64,000 nt of DNA from a virus (taxonomy: Duplodnaviria; Caudoviricetes): the IMG/VR virus record IMGVR_UViG_3300020050_009209, one strand, 5' to 3'. Under the pieces are notes generated by a model, which was not told where the DNA came from, made no database searches, and was given only the letters and a program-made list of their open reading frames with translations. The first letter of the stretch is position 1; the number at the start of each line of letters is the position of its first letter. The translations under genes were made by a program, and so were the position numbers. Shown here in pieces: positions 39,895 to 48,983 of this stretch.

Positions 39895-41457
39895 ATGAAT
39901 CCCGAGCTAATTCAACATCTGAGTGCGTACACTAGGGCTATTTTCTACGTAACAGACGAAGAGGATAGGTTCATCATTGAGTTGCAAGAAGTGCTAAAGC
40001 AGCGTCAGGCCTGGGTGTACAATGGAGCCTTTGGGCTTCAGCCTATCGCAGATATTCAAGCGGATTGGGAAAACTTGACCCACAATGTATCGAATGTCCC
40101 TACAATCCATGATGCTCTAGTCAAGATGTACAAGGACAACCCTAAAGGTAAGGAGCTTTTCTACGTAATCACAGATCCAGACCGTTGGTTCAAGGATGAG
40201 CTTGTACATCGTCGAGTTCTCAACCTCATCCACCAAGGCCATCAAAATAAATTTGTGGTAAAGGTCATGATCTTTGTGGGACCTCGTAGGTCCATCCCAG
40301 AAAAGCTTCAGCGGTACTTTACCGTTATCCAGGATACTGGGCTAGATACGAATCAGACAAAGAGCCTTGTAGCCAAGGTGTCTGGAATGGTCAAAGCAAA
40401 GATCCCACCGAATGAGGCTCAGCTATTCAGGGGTATGACCTCGTACGAGGTTGAAGAGTCTATTACCCTGTCTGCCTACCACACACGTAAGAGTGCGGAA
40501 GGTAGACAGGTTGATCCCACATTCATCCAGGCGTACAAGCGAAATCAACTACGAAAAACTGACCTAGTCCAATATGTCGAGACCACCAAGGACTCCTTTG
40601 ACAAGATCGGAGGGGCTGACCGATTCAAGAGCTGGGCAAGGAAGACGAAAGCTTGTTGGACCGAGAAGGGACAAGCCTTTGGCCTAAAGCCACCCCGAGG
40701 TGTTCTGCTTGTGGGGGTCTATGGGTGCGGAAAGAGTATCAGCGCCAAGGCCATGGCAAATGAATGGGACCTTCCCCTGGTGCAATTCGAGATGGGGAAG
40801 CTTAGGTCTTCAGGTGTTGGAGACTCAGAGGCTAACCTCTATAGGGCCCTACGCGTTGTAGAGAGCGTAGCTCCGTGTGTGTTGTGGATTGACGAAGCGG
40901 AGAAGAGCCTAGCGGGTAGTCAGTCCTCTGCGCAATCTGATGCAGGTACGACATCTAGACTTCTTGGTATCCTGTCTACCTGGACGCAGGAGTCGAAGGC
41001 GCCAATTTGTATCGTCATGACAGCGAATAGCCTCAAGTCTCTTCCAGTAGAGATGGTGAATCGTATGCCACAGCGGTTTTTCTTTGACCTCCCCAACGAG
41101 GAAGACCGAATTGACATTCTGAAGATCCACGGAGCTGCGGCTGGTCAGGATCTAACCACGTTCAATCTCGTGGACCTAGCAGAGAAGGCGAAGAGTCTGG
41201 TAGGTCGTGAGATTGAGCAGGCTATCCAGGAAGCGATGATGGAGTCCTATACGAAGGGGAAGCCAGGGCTAGACGAAGAAATTCTAGCTACAGAGCTTGC
41301 TCATCGGCCTCGTATCATCAAAACGATGACGGATGAAATCAAGGAAGTTCTTGATTGGGTTGGTTACGACCCTGAGGTAGACGATGGAATTCGTGCTAGG
41401 TTGGCGTCGAGTCATCGTAGTGAGCAGTTCAATGTGACTTTGGGTGGTACCCCATAG
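39895..41457 (+). CDS. Ycf46-like AAA+ ATPase
   Basis: Degenerate N-terminal AAA domain; GLKPPRGVLLVGVYGCGKS, VGDSEAN, PCVLWIDEAEK, TAN, FFFDLPN. Confidence 0.85.
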   Translation: MNPELIQHLSAYTRAIFYVTDEEDRFIIELQEVLKQRQAWVYNGAFGLQPIADIQADWENLTHNVSNVPTIHDALVKMYKDNPKGKELFYVITDPDRWFKDELVHRRVLNLIHQGHQNKFVVKVMIFVGPRRSIPEKLQRYFTVIQDTGLDTNQTKSLVAKVSGMVKAKIPPNEAQLFRGMTSYEVEESITLSAYHTRKSAEGRQVDPTFIQAYKRNQLRKTDLVQYVETTKDSFDKIGGADRFKSWARKTKACWTEKGQAFGLKPPRGVLLVGVYGCGKSISAKAMANEWDLPLVQFEMGKLRSSGVGDSEANLYRALRVVESVAPCVLWIDEAEKSLAGSQSSAQSDAGTTSRLLGILSTWTQESKAPICIVMTANSLKSLPVEMVNRMPQRFFFDLPNEEDRIDILKIHGAAAGQDLTTFNLVDLAEKAKSLVGREIEQAIQEAMMESYTKGKPGLDEEILATELAHRPRIIKTMTDEIKEVLDWVGYDPEVDDGIRARLASSHRSEQFNVTLGGTP

Positions 41458-41475
41458 TACAGGAGTCATGAAGAA

Positions 41476-41691
41476 GTGAACGAACACCCATATAGAGTGT
41501 CTGCTGTAAAGGAGCCCCAGAAAATGTCTGACAAAGAATTCTCGTACAGACAGACTCGCGTAGCGTTTATCTGTGCCTGCATCGCGTTCATTGCGCTCGT
41601 GGTCAGTGTTACGACATGTAGTATGCGGTCAGATGTGATGGAGCTGAAGGTACTTAGAGAGCGAAACATGACGTGCCTATGTGGAAAGTGA
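41476..41691 (+). CDS. Small membrane protein
   Basis: Single TM segment VAFICACIAFIALVVSV. Confidence 0.5.
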   Translation: MNEHPYRVSAVKEPQKMSDKEFSYRQTRVAFICACIAFIALVVSVTTCSMRSDVMELKVLRERNMTCLCGK

Positions 41692-41715
41692 TACCCGACA
41701 ATCAGGGAGACTAGA

Positions 41716-43026
41716 ATGGGAAGCTGTAAAGGGGAGTTGTGCTCGGGTTGTGTCGAGTGCGACCTAAACGTAGTACCTGAATCGATCGTTTGGAAAAAGG
41801 CATTAGAGTTCCTTGATCGGCAGGGAATGAACTCTGAAGCTACGTTGCAAGCAGCCGCGAAGACAGCTTCAAGCATGGTCCCTAGGGCCTCTTCATTCGA
41901 AGTCGAGGTTAAGAGTAAAGCAAACCCTGCTGCTGGTATTCTACGTCAGGTACGAGTAGTGATTCAGCAGCCTGAGGTTGCTGAGCTATTCAAGAGTACT
42001 CCTATGGAGGCACTTCCAGGCAAGTTGTTAGCTCACCTCCAGAAGGCTTTTACGGAGTACGGATACCATACAGAGGTACTACAGGACGCCGTAACTTACA
42101 TCCTAGACGAGTTCGTACAGATTGGGGATAGTGTCCTTCTAATCTCTCCTCATACCGGTCGAGCTATCGCCCGACTTACAGAGGAGGATATCTACCAACC
42201 TCAGTCGGTACCCAGAGAGCATGGAGGTATGGCCGTACCTGCAAAGAGGCTACGTCCAGAGCTGGAGGGGTTCCTTGTACACTACTCATTCGAACGAGTA
42301 AGAGAGCAAGATGACCTTGATCGGATTAGCTTACGAGTCCCACACGCTACAGATCTCGTAAGAGAGATGGGCGACCCTCGTCTACTGTTCACTACGTTGA
42401 ACGGTAGACGAGAGATCCGTCACCAGATTGCAGAGATTCTTCCGAACTTACTTGATGCTGCGAAGGTAGCTAGGCTTTCACCGGCCAGTTACCTTCTAAA
42501 TAGGTTTCTCCCACCCTCCGATCAAGAGCTACTCAGAGGTCCCGACCTCACTTTTCAAGTTGGTGGTAGGTACAGAACCCCGTTAGTCGATGCAACTGCG
42601 CGTAACCTGAACTTTGACATAAAGCGTGTTGTTCTGGAGTCCACTGTTACCTCTTGGACGAGAGAGCTTGCGACGAACATTCTTGCTAGGCTAGGCTCAG
42701 AGTTCTCGCATAACATGACAGAGTGGGTGGGTAGCCCAGACCACACAAACATCATGTTCGTTATGTCCCCAAATACGATGAAGTACCTAAGTCCTGACCG
42801 GCCAACTCTTGTCGTCAACCAATTTCGGGACGGAGTTGTTCTTGGGGTCGAGGGGACTGTCCTGGGGGCTCTTCGTATACAAGACACTGGGATAGACACT
42901 AGGGAAGTTCACGATAGGTGGACCGCTACTACGTACGCTAAGGTAGATGTTTGGCTTGACACTTCGAGATTTGCAGTGTTCGAGGTCAAAGATGTTCCGG
43001 TCTCTGGCATAACGGTAGAGGGTTAA
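41716..43026 (+). CDS. Hypothetical protein, possibly with a degenerate capsid-like C-terminal half
   Basis: 436-aa ORF with GGAG SD and N-terminal Cys cluster; capsid resemblance is tentative. Confidence 0.5.
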   Translation: MGSCKGELCSGCVECDLNVVPESIVWKKALEFLDRQGMNSEATLQAAAKTASSMVPRASSFEVEVKSKANPAAGILRQVRVVIQQPEVAELFKSTPMEALPGKLLAHLQKAFTEYGYHTEVLQDAVTYILDEFVQIGDSVLLISPHTGRAIARLTEEDIYQPQSVPREHGGMAVPAKRLRPELEGFLVHYSFERVREQDDLDRISLRVPHATDLVREMGDPRLLFTTLNGRREIRHQIAEILPNLLDAAKVARLSPASYLLNRFLPPSDQELLRGPDLTFQVGGRYRTPLVDATARNLNFDIKRVVLESTVTSWTRELATNILARLGSEFSHNMTEWVGSPDHTNIMFVMSPNTMKYLSPDRPTLVVNQFRDGVVLGVEGTVLGALRIQDTGIDTREVHDRWTATTYAKVDVWLDTSRFAVFEVKDVPVSGITVEG

Positions 43027-43287
43027 GTGCATTACTCTTTTGTTGTTCGGTCCGAATTCGAGGTTGACCTCCCAGAGTATCTTCTGACCATAGGAGAGGG
43101 GGTGGATACTTTCCATGTCGTACTACTCAACGAATCACTTGAGTCCTTCAAGGCGAAGTTGAGTAGCCGTGGAGTCAAGGTGCTCCAGGTCCATCAACTC
43201 GATGGCCTTGCGCCTGTCCCTTCCGTGGAAGTCTTTGAGGCTCAACTAGCAGGAAGCATCACCCCACTACTTGGGGCTAAGAAGTGA
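43027..43287 (+). CDS. Hypothetical protein
   Basis: 86-aa ORF, tightly packed. Confidence 0.5.
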   Translation: MHYSFVVRSEFEVDLPEYLLTIGEGVDTFHVVLLNESLESFKAKLSSRGVKVLQVHQLDGLAPVPSVEVFEAQLAGSITPLLGAKK

Positions 43288-43502
43288 GATCCTTTCAAGC
43301 TGGAGATTACTACCAAGCTCTATCCTTATTCACGGGTGGGCGTCATGTCCTGATTGGACAGGTAGCTCTACTGCTGAGGTGCTCCTTAGCTGAGGCAGAG
43401 AGCCTTCTTGAGACGCTCCGTAGCGAAGGACTAGTTAGACTTTTGACCGTACCTGAGGCCCGCCTACAAGGAATTACGCATGGCTACTGCTTGCTGGTGT
43501 AG
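43284..43502 (+). CDS. Small winged-helix-like protein
   Basis: IGQVALLLRCSLAEAESLLETLRSEGLV HTH-like pattern. Confidence 0.45.
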   Translation: MRSFQAGDYYQALSLFTGGRHVLIGQVALLLRCSLAEAESLLETLRSEGLVRLLTVPEARLQGITHGYCLLV

Positions 43503-43510
43503 TAAGTTGG

Positions 43511-43783
43511 GTGAGCCTTCGTAAACGCAAAGCGAACTTGATTCGAGTGCTACAAGCCCACCAGGTATCGAAGTGCCTCACGGCAGAGCAAGTCGAAGTC
43601 TTCGCTCGGATGTACTCTCACTGTAAGAGTGAGAAAGAGCAAGACGAGGTTACGGCCGTAGTTCGTCAGGTGTTCGATGGTTGGAAAACAGACACGGACA
43701 GGTTCTCAAGGATGTTGCAGAATGAGCAGGTTGAAGACTGCGACCTTGCTGTTACCATTCCCCCTCATGCTCGTTGGAAGTAG
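43511..43783 (+). CDS. Hypothetical protein
   Basis: 90-aa ORF preceded by the GGTGTA motif. Confidence 0.5.
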   Translation: MSLRKRKANLIRVLQAHQVSKCLTAEQVEVFARMYSHCKSEKEQDEVTAVVRQVFDGWKTDTDRFSRMLQNEQVEDCDLAVTIPPHARWK

Positions 43784-43785
43784 AT

Positions 43786-44349
43786 ATGCGTAAGCTAAGA
43801 TTTCTTGTGGATGTTGACGAAGTGCTAGCGGACTTCCGCACTCCAGCGTTAGAGGTAATGTCCTCGGTTATGGGGCAACGTTACTCTATCGAGGACTTTG
43901 AGGTCTGGGATATCTTCTCTACCCTAGAGGGGCCGAAGAAGGACCTGGTCCTAGCTATCATAGACAAGCAGGGGTTCTGCCACGACTTGCAGCCCTTCCC
44001 AGAAGCTCAGAAGGCTATTGCAGAGCTTCAGACGATGTTTGATGTCTACGTGGTCACCAGCCCGTATCACAGTCTGAGTTGGGTCTATGAACGTAACCTA
44101 TGGCTAAAGACCCACTATGGCTTCGAAAAAAGCCAGGTCGTTCATACCTCAGCTAAGTACCTGGTTCGAGGTGACATCTTTCTTGACGATAAGCCAGAGC
44201 ACGTAGAGTCTTGGACGAAGGAAAATCCTCAGGGGCTTGGAATGCTTTGGCATACCCCCAATACTCGTGGGTTGGGTTTGGATCACTTACGAGTACGGTC
44301 TTGGGGGGAGGTCCTAACGAAGGTTAAGACCTTTGCGGGGAGTCAGTGA
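43786..44349 (+). CDS. 5'(3')-deoxyribonucleotidase, HAD superfamily
   Basis: VDVDEVLADF, VVTSP, WL..HY, K....GDIFLDD; ATG 43786 preferred over TTG 43774. Confidence 0.85.
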   Translation: MRKLRFLVDVDEVLADFRTPALEVMSSVMGQRYSIEDFEVWDIFSTLEGPKKDLVLAIIDKQGFCHDLQPFPEAQKAIAELQTMFDVYVVTSPYHSLSWVYERNLWLKTHYGFEKSQVVHTSAKYLVRGDIFLDDKPEHVESWTKENPQGLGMLWHTPNTRGLGLDHLRVRSWGEVLTKVKTFAGSQ

Positions 44350-44352
44350 AAA

Positions 44353-44574
44353 ATGCTGAGGGTTATCTTCAATGTAGTTACTTGGGTAGCAGAGCATGTG
44401 ACGGGTTTATGTTGGCTAGTGGCGGCCCTTCTGGCTATTTGGGTAGCTTTTTTCTACAAGTTTGAACCTACCCAACCACTTCCGTGCGCCTCTTACTCGG
44501 ATACCAATCGTGAGCACGTACCTGCTAGATGCTTCTCTGACTTCCTAGGTAAAGATAGTGGGACTCATGATTGA
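44353..44574 (+). CDS. Small membrane protein
   Basis: TM segment GLCWLVAALLAIWVAFFY. Confidence 0.5.
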   Translation: MLRVIFNVVTWVAEHVTGLCWLVAALLAIWVAFFYKFEPTQPLPCASYSDTNREHVPARCFSDFLGKDSGTHD

Positions 44575-44788
44575 TCTTGAGGTAGATGTTGGGCAGGTGT
44601 GGCTCTACAGGGGCACTGACCCATACCTAGTTGCGAGTGTAAATGATTCAAGGGAGTCTTTGGGGTCGTGGGTAATGACTTCAATCCCAGACGGGCGTAC
44701 CATATACATGCACAAGCAAGCTAGACTGCGGGGTAAATGGGTGAAAGCGCCTGTAAGCCGATTCAAAAGAGAACCGTTAAGTCTATGA
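44558..44788 (+). CDS. Hypothetical protein
   Basis: Short SH3-like beta pattern (VGQVW...YLV). Confidence 0.5.
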   Translation: MGLMIDLEVDVGQVWLYRGTDPYLVASVNDSRESLGSWVMTSIPDGRTIYMHKQARLRGKWVKAPVSRFKREPLSL

Positions 44789-45408
44789 ACTCCTCAGGCA
44801 TTATCAGTCTAGATGACCTACTTGGGGGAGGGTACCCCAAGGGGATTACGTGTATTAGTGGGGTTAGAGGTTCTGGCAAAACTCAATTGCTACTAGCTGC
44901 GGCACAAGCTGCTTTAGTGAATGACGTACCAGTAGCCTTTTTCTCCTTTGACGCGGACCTGAGTTCAGATATACCCAAAGCTTCGGCTTTGGGTAAGGTC
45001 TATTCCAGGATTGTCACCTTAGATGAGGCAGTCAAGAAGCTAAGGGGTTCTGATCCGGAAACCTTGGTCCTTATGGATGGGGTTCACAAGGCTTTTGTGT
45101 ACAAGGGGCCTGATGCTGGTACGGTAGAGGACGGAAGTAGAGTCCTTAAGGCACGATGGTTTAACGACCAAGTGTCTACGTTGAGCAAGTTTTCTAGCGT
45201 CATCTTGACCTCGGAGGAGGTCCTACGCTATAAGGCTCTGACTCACGCTACTCGTACTGCCATTGAGCTAAAGATCAGTGGTAACTCAGATGTTACCGCA
45301 CACATAACCAAAAGTCTAGGGGGCCAGGTAGGAAGCTTACCCTTGGTGTTCAGAGGCCATGGGCAAGTGCTCCCAATGGAGATACGTAGCCGATTTGAAA
45401 GATTTTGA
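44785..45408 (+). CDS. Short RecA/RadB/KaiC-family P-loop ATPase
   Basis: SSGIISLDDLLGGGYPKG.T.ISGVRGSGKT, LVLMDG; ATG 44785 overlaps the upstream stop. Confidence 0.7.
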   Translation: MNSSGIISLDDLLGGGYPKGITCISGVRGSGKTQLLLAAAQAALVNDVPVAFFSFDADLSSDIPKASALGKVYSRIVTLDEAVKKLRGSDPETLVLMDGVHKAFVYKGPDAGTVEDGSRVLKARWFNDQVSTLSKFSSVILTSEEVLRYKALTHATRTAIELKISGNSDVTAHITKSLGGQVGSLPLVFRGHGQVLPMEIRSRFERF

Positions 45409-45418
45409 TGATCAAAGA

Positions 45419-45649
45419 GTGAATGACTTGAGTACAGCTGAGATTCAGGAGCTTGAACGACTGCGCCTACTGGCATTGCAGCATCCCTACGACCCTGAGC
45501 TTGCAAGCATACGATCAGGTAATGGCGGGGAGTACGCACCAGACATGCGAGGCTGGACCCCAGACGAGGATGCAGAGTTCAGGTACCATGCTGCTTTGGT
45601 CAAAGCAGCTCCTAGATTACTCGCTGAAGTGCTACGTAGAAGAAGGTAA
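45419..45649 (+). CDS. Small phage protein (Ead/Ea22-like tail motif)
   Basis: DAEF...AAPRLLAEV motif; start uncertain (GTG 45419). Confidence 0.45.
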   Translation: MNDLSTAEIQELERLRLLALQHPYDPELASIRSGNGGEYAPDMRGWTPDEDAEFRYHAALVKAAPRLLAEVLRRRR

Positions 45650-45653
45650 GCAG

Positions 45654-47363
45654 ATGCGTCAATATCTATCCCTAGTGGAACATGTGTTAGGTAGCGGAAC
45701 CCGCAAGGAAAACCGGACTGGCGTAGACACTCTCAGTACCTTTGGGTACTACTACGAGGTTGATTTAGCTCACGGGTTTCCCCTCCTCACGACCAAGCAG
45801 ATCTCTTGGAAAAACATAGTGGTCGAGTTGTTGTGGTTCCTTTCGGGACAGACTGACATCTCAATCCTCAAGCGTCATGGCTGTAAGTTCTGGGACGCTT
45901 GGGCTGACGAGAACGGTAAAGTTCCAAGTGCCTATGGGGCTTTTTGGGTTAATTTCCCACCAGCTCAGGAGCCCGAAGTTGTTACTCCACGCGAACCTTC
46001 CGGAAATGACTATGTTAAGCCTCATTTTGATGAGTTGACTGCTGAGTCGAACCATGAATGGTGTGGGAAATTCTTCGAGTCGAAAAACCACGGCTCGTTC
46101 AAGATCATTCGTCAGGTAGGTGTAGATACCGAAGGTCGTAGACTGTTCGATATTCAGTTTACAACTACGGGCTATGTTAAGAAGCGGGTGCGCCGTGATG
46201 TAATTCAAAATGGGGAGGTTCGGGATAGATACTTCGCCTCTATCCACGGAGTGGGGTACTATGGAGAGCGGACAACCAAAACTGAGATAGACGCGGATCT
46301 CCTCAAGGTTTGGCAGCACATGATGGACCGTTGCTATAACCCTGACTGTAAAGAGTACCCATGGTATGGCTTGAGAGGCGTTACAGTGTGCAACAGATGG
46401 CACAACTTCGCTAACTTCCACGCAGACTGCTACACGCTACCAAACTGGGTCAACAAGAGGGACAATCCAAAGCAGTACGCCCTAGATAAGGATTTTTTCA
46501 GCGCCCGTTGTTACTCTCCTACTACCTGTGTATGGCTTTCTCACCAGGATAATCGACTTTACGCTCACGCCAAGGCAGTTAAGGTCGAATACCCTGATGG
46601 TGGGGTTCGAGTTGTCTTGTCAGCATCTGAGGCTGCTGCTGCCTCGAAACTCAAGAAGAGTCGTGTACTTACCTGCATCCAAAATGGAGAGGATTACCAC
46701 AAGTATAGGTTCTCATGGGCCTCTGGGGTGTACCGTAGACCACTCCCGAATAACCAGATCCGATGGGTTATCGACGAGCTAAACCGAAACCCCATGTCTC
46801 GACGTATGGTTGTTTCTGCTTGGGCTCCAGGGAACGCTCAGACCAGTAAGCTCCCACCCTGCCACAGCATCTTCATGCTTAATGTGCAGAATGCGAACCA
46901 GATTGAGTTCCACCCGCCAAAAGAGAATGATGATGGTCGAACTCTAGTACCTACCATCATGGGTACTAAACAGAGGGTATGCCTTCACCTCACCCAGAGG
47001 TCCGCTGACGTCCTTTTGGGCGTACCCTATAACATTGCAAGCTACGCACTGCTTCTCAGTTTGTTCTCTCGCTTCTCTGGGATTGAGCCTGGTATCTTTG
47101 GGCACACCTTGGTGGACGCGCATGTTTACACAGCTAAACCAGATGGTTCGATGGCCGAGTACGACCACGTTCCTGTTTTGAAGGAGCAGTTGACTCGGAT
47201 GCCAAAAGCCCTTCCGAGGCTTATCATCTCGAACCAGATCAAGACCCTAGCTGACGTAGAGGCTCTCATGCACCCCTCCGTAACAACAGAGGAGGTCATG
47301 CGTCACTTCGTGCTTGAGGGCTATGATCCTTGGCCAGCCCTATCTGGAAAGGTTGCGGTATGA
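45654..47363 (+). CDS. thyA: Thymidylate synthase carrying an in-frame HNH endonuclease insertion
   Basis: MRQYL...RTGV, FPLLTTK, ELLWFL, SRRMVVSAW, LPPCH, QRSAD..LGVPYN, DAHVY; true start ATG 45654. Confidence 0.92.
   Translation: MRQYLSLVEHVLGSGTRKENRTGVDTLSTFGYYYEVDLAHGFPLLTTKQISWKNIVVELLWFLSGQTDISILKRHGCKFWDAWADENGKVPSAYGAFWVNFPPAQEPEVVTPREPSGNDYVKPHFDELTAESNHEWCGKFFESKNHGSFKIIRQVGVDTEGRRLFDIQFTTTGYVKKRVRRDVIQNGEVRDRYFASIHGVGYYGERTTKTEIDADLLKVWQHMMDRCYNPDCKEYPWYGLRGVTVCNRWHNFANFHADCYTLPNWVNKRDNPKQYALDKDFFSARCYSPTTCVWLSHQDNRLYAHAKAVKVEYPDGGVRVVLSASEAAAASKLKKSRVLTCIQNGEDYHKYRFSWASGVYRRPLPNNQIRWVIDELNRNPMSRRMVVSAWAPGNAQTSKLPPCHSIFMLNVQNANQIEFHPPKENDDGRTLVPTIMGTKQRVCLHLTQRSADVLLGVPYNIASYALLLSLFSRFSGIEPGIFGHTLVDAHVYTAKPDGSMAEYDHVPVLKEQLTRMPKALPRLIISNQIKTLADVEALMHPSVTTEEVMRHFVLEGYDPWPALSGKVAV
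45960..46748 (+). mobile_element. HNH-type homing endonuclease (about 263 aa) inserted in-frame in thyA
   Basis: QFTTTGY...GEVRD...GVGYYG, WQHMMDRCY...YPWYG.RGVTVC.RW.NF..F..D, LDKD...YSP.TC.W; HTH-like tail. Replaces the short loop between YGxxW..P and xQI. Confidence 0.8.
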
Positions 47364-47941
47364 CTCAACTTGAATTTCTTCTATCTGAGGTAGCTTGGCT
47401 TACAAGAGAGCTTGAGTACCTACCAGACTCCGCACCTATTACCAAAGCTTCAACGAGATCACGTCTAGCTGAGGTGGGAAGGCAGTTAGAGTTTGAACGT
47501 TCGCGTAAAGCTACAACAGTGAATGGTAGATTTGTGTCTGGTTCGTGCCTAGGTGAAATTTGCTCTATCTGCATAAAGCACCTTGGCGTTCGCGTTACAG
47601 CCACTTGCAAGGTCGGAGAAGAGATAGCGGTCGATGACCCTAACCTACCTAGGCACAACCTAACTGCGTATCTCTGTTCAAGGCACTTCGATGAGATCTT
47701 TAGTCCTCCAACTGGAGTAGCTAGTGTTGGACAACAGGGTATTGAACGACTTCAGGTGACTCTAGCTCAGACAGAGGGTGAGCTAGAGACGGCACGTCTT
47801 CGTATTCATGAAGCCACTCAAAAGCTTGTTGCTGAGTTTGGAGCAGAAAGCTCAGCCAGTCTAGAAGAAGTGGTCGAAAAGGCTGTTGTCGCAATTCGCA
47901 CCCCCCTGCTGATTGGGGGTGGGTACGGATATGAAACCTAA
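47360..47941 (+). CDS. Hypothetical protein with CxxC and coiled coil
   Basis: ATG 47360 overlaps the thyA stop; CSIC...LCSRH. Confidence 0.5.
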   Translation: MTQLEFLLSEVAWLTRELEYLPDSAPITKASTRSRLAEVGRQLEFERSRKATTVNGRFVSGSCLGEICSICIKHLGVRVTATCKVGEEIAVDDPNLPRHNLTAYLCSRHFDEIFSPPTGVASVGQQGIERLQVTLAQTEGELETARLRIHEATQKLVAEFGAESSASLEEVVEKAVVAIRTPLLIGGGYGYET

Positions 47942-48521
47942 GCTCATTGTAGCTACCAGTGCGAACGGGGTAATTGGGATCGACGGTAAGATCCCATGGC
48001 GCAAACCAGAGGACTTGAAGCGATTCAAGAGAGTCACTCTTGGTGGCGTACTCATCATGGGTAGGCGGACTTGGGACTCGATTGGGAGGGCGCTACCGGG
48101 GCGTAGGACGTTTGTTCTGAGTTCCAACCCCGACCTAAAGCTGGAGGGAGCTGAGGTCTTCTCAAGCCTTCCTGACGCTTTAGCGGCAGCAGGAGAGACC
48201 GACCAGGTCTGGATTGCAGGTGGGTCTTCTGTTTATGCGGAAGGTCTTCAGTACTGCGATGAGCTAGACATCACGGTTGTGAATTCTGAAATTGCCGAGG
48301 GACCAGGCGTAGTAACTATCCCATGGTTTGCAGCCAACCGTAACGAAAAGTTAGGTATCCCAATTTGGATTTCTGCCAATAGCAAGTGTGTGAGTCCAAT
48401 GATAGGGGACCCAATGGTGGGGGACTTCCACCTAACCAATCAAGAAACTAACCCAGAGGACGGCTCTCTTGTCCACTGCGAGTACACTCGAATAACTTTT
48501 ATCCACTACAGCACTAGGTAA
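47931..48521 (+). CDS. folA: Dihydrofolate reductase
   Basis: LIVA...NGVIG..GKIPW..PEDLKRFK..T...IMGRRTWDSIGRALPGR, IAGG..VY; ATG 47931. Confidence 0.92.
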   Translation: MKPKLIVATSANGVIGIDGKIPWRKPEDLKRFKRVTLGGVLIMGRRTWDSIGRALPGRRTFVLSSNPDLKLEGAEVFSSLPDALAAAGETDQVWIAGGSSVYAEGLQYCDELDITVVNSEIAEGPGVVTIPWFAANRNEKLGIPIWISANSKCVSPMIGDPMVGDFHLTNQETNPEDGSLVHCEYTRITFIHYSTR

Positions 48522-48526
48522 TCACC

Positions 48527-48895
48527 ATGTATCGGTTTGCGGTTCAAGCCCTCAACACAGACAACATCACAAAGGTAGCCGAAGTGACAATTCGAGCTGC
48601 TAGTCAACTTGGTCTCAACTTCAAGCACTTGGGAGTTGTAGATTGGATGACCTTAGGTACGTCCAAATTTCTGATACTGCAAGCCAATCTCCCCTTTAGT
48701 AAGCCGCTACTGGACTTGTTGTTCGAGAGTGGTCGAGGGGTGATCGGCATTACTCCATTTGGATTTGAGGTGAGGTTGGGTACAAAGACTGCCAAAGTAG
48801 CGTCCACTCAACTACAAGGTCCAGCGAAAAATCCACTTAGTTACCTAGGCCCTGGGGACCCTCTTTGGGAGAGGCAGTTTACCAAGCCCAACTAG
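48527..48895 (+). CDS. Hypothetical protein
   Basis: 122-aa ORF preceded by the CTTTTATCCA motif. Confidence 0.5.
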   Translation: MYRFAVQALNTDNITKVAEVTIRAASQLGLNFKHLGVVDWMTLGTSKFLILQANLPFSKPLLDLLFESGRGVIGITPFGFEVRLGTKTAKVASTQLQGPAKNPLSYLGPGDPLWERQFTKPN

Positions 48896-48983
48896 CAATA
48901 CAGTTTCTATACTCCATCTAGGGTACTACCTTTAAGGAGAGCCAATTGAAGCTCGATGGTAGCAAGGCTCAGGAGTTGTCTTC

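Noticed and set aside
45453-45653. N-terminal extension of ThyA from TTG 45453
   Set aside because: It overlaps a plausible upstream ORF; ThyA homology begins at ATG 45654.
45960-46748. Group I intron or intein explanation for the thyA insert
   Set aside because: No stop codons, no non-coding room or recognisable P7 elements, and no C/S start or HN-C/S/T end. Not supportable by eye, though a covariance-model scan is still needed.
45654-47363. ThyA as a base-modifying dCMP hydroxymethylase
   Set aside because: It retains the Asn in GVPYN that specifies dUMP and sits near DHFR, consistent with ordinary dTMP synthesis.
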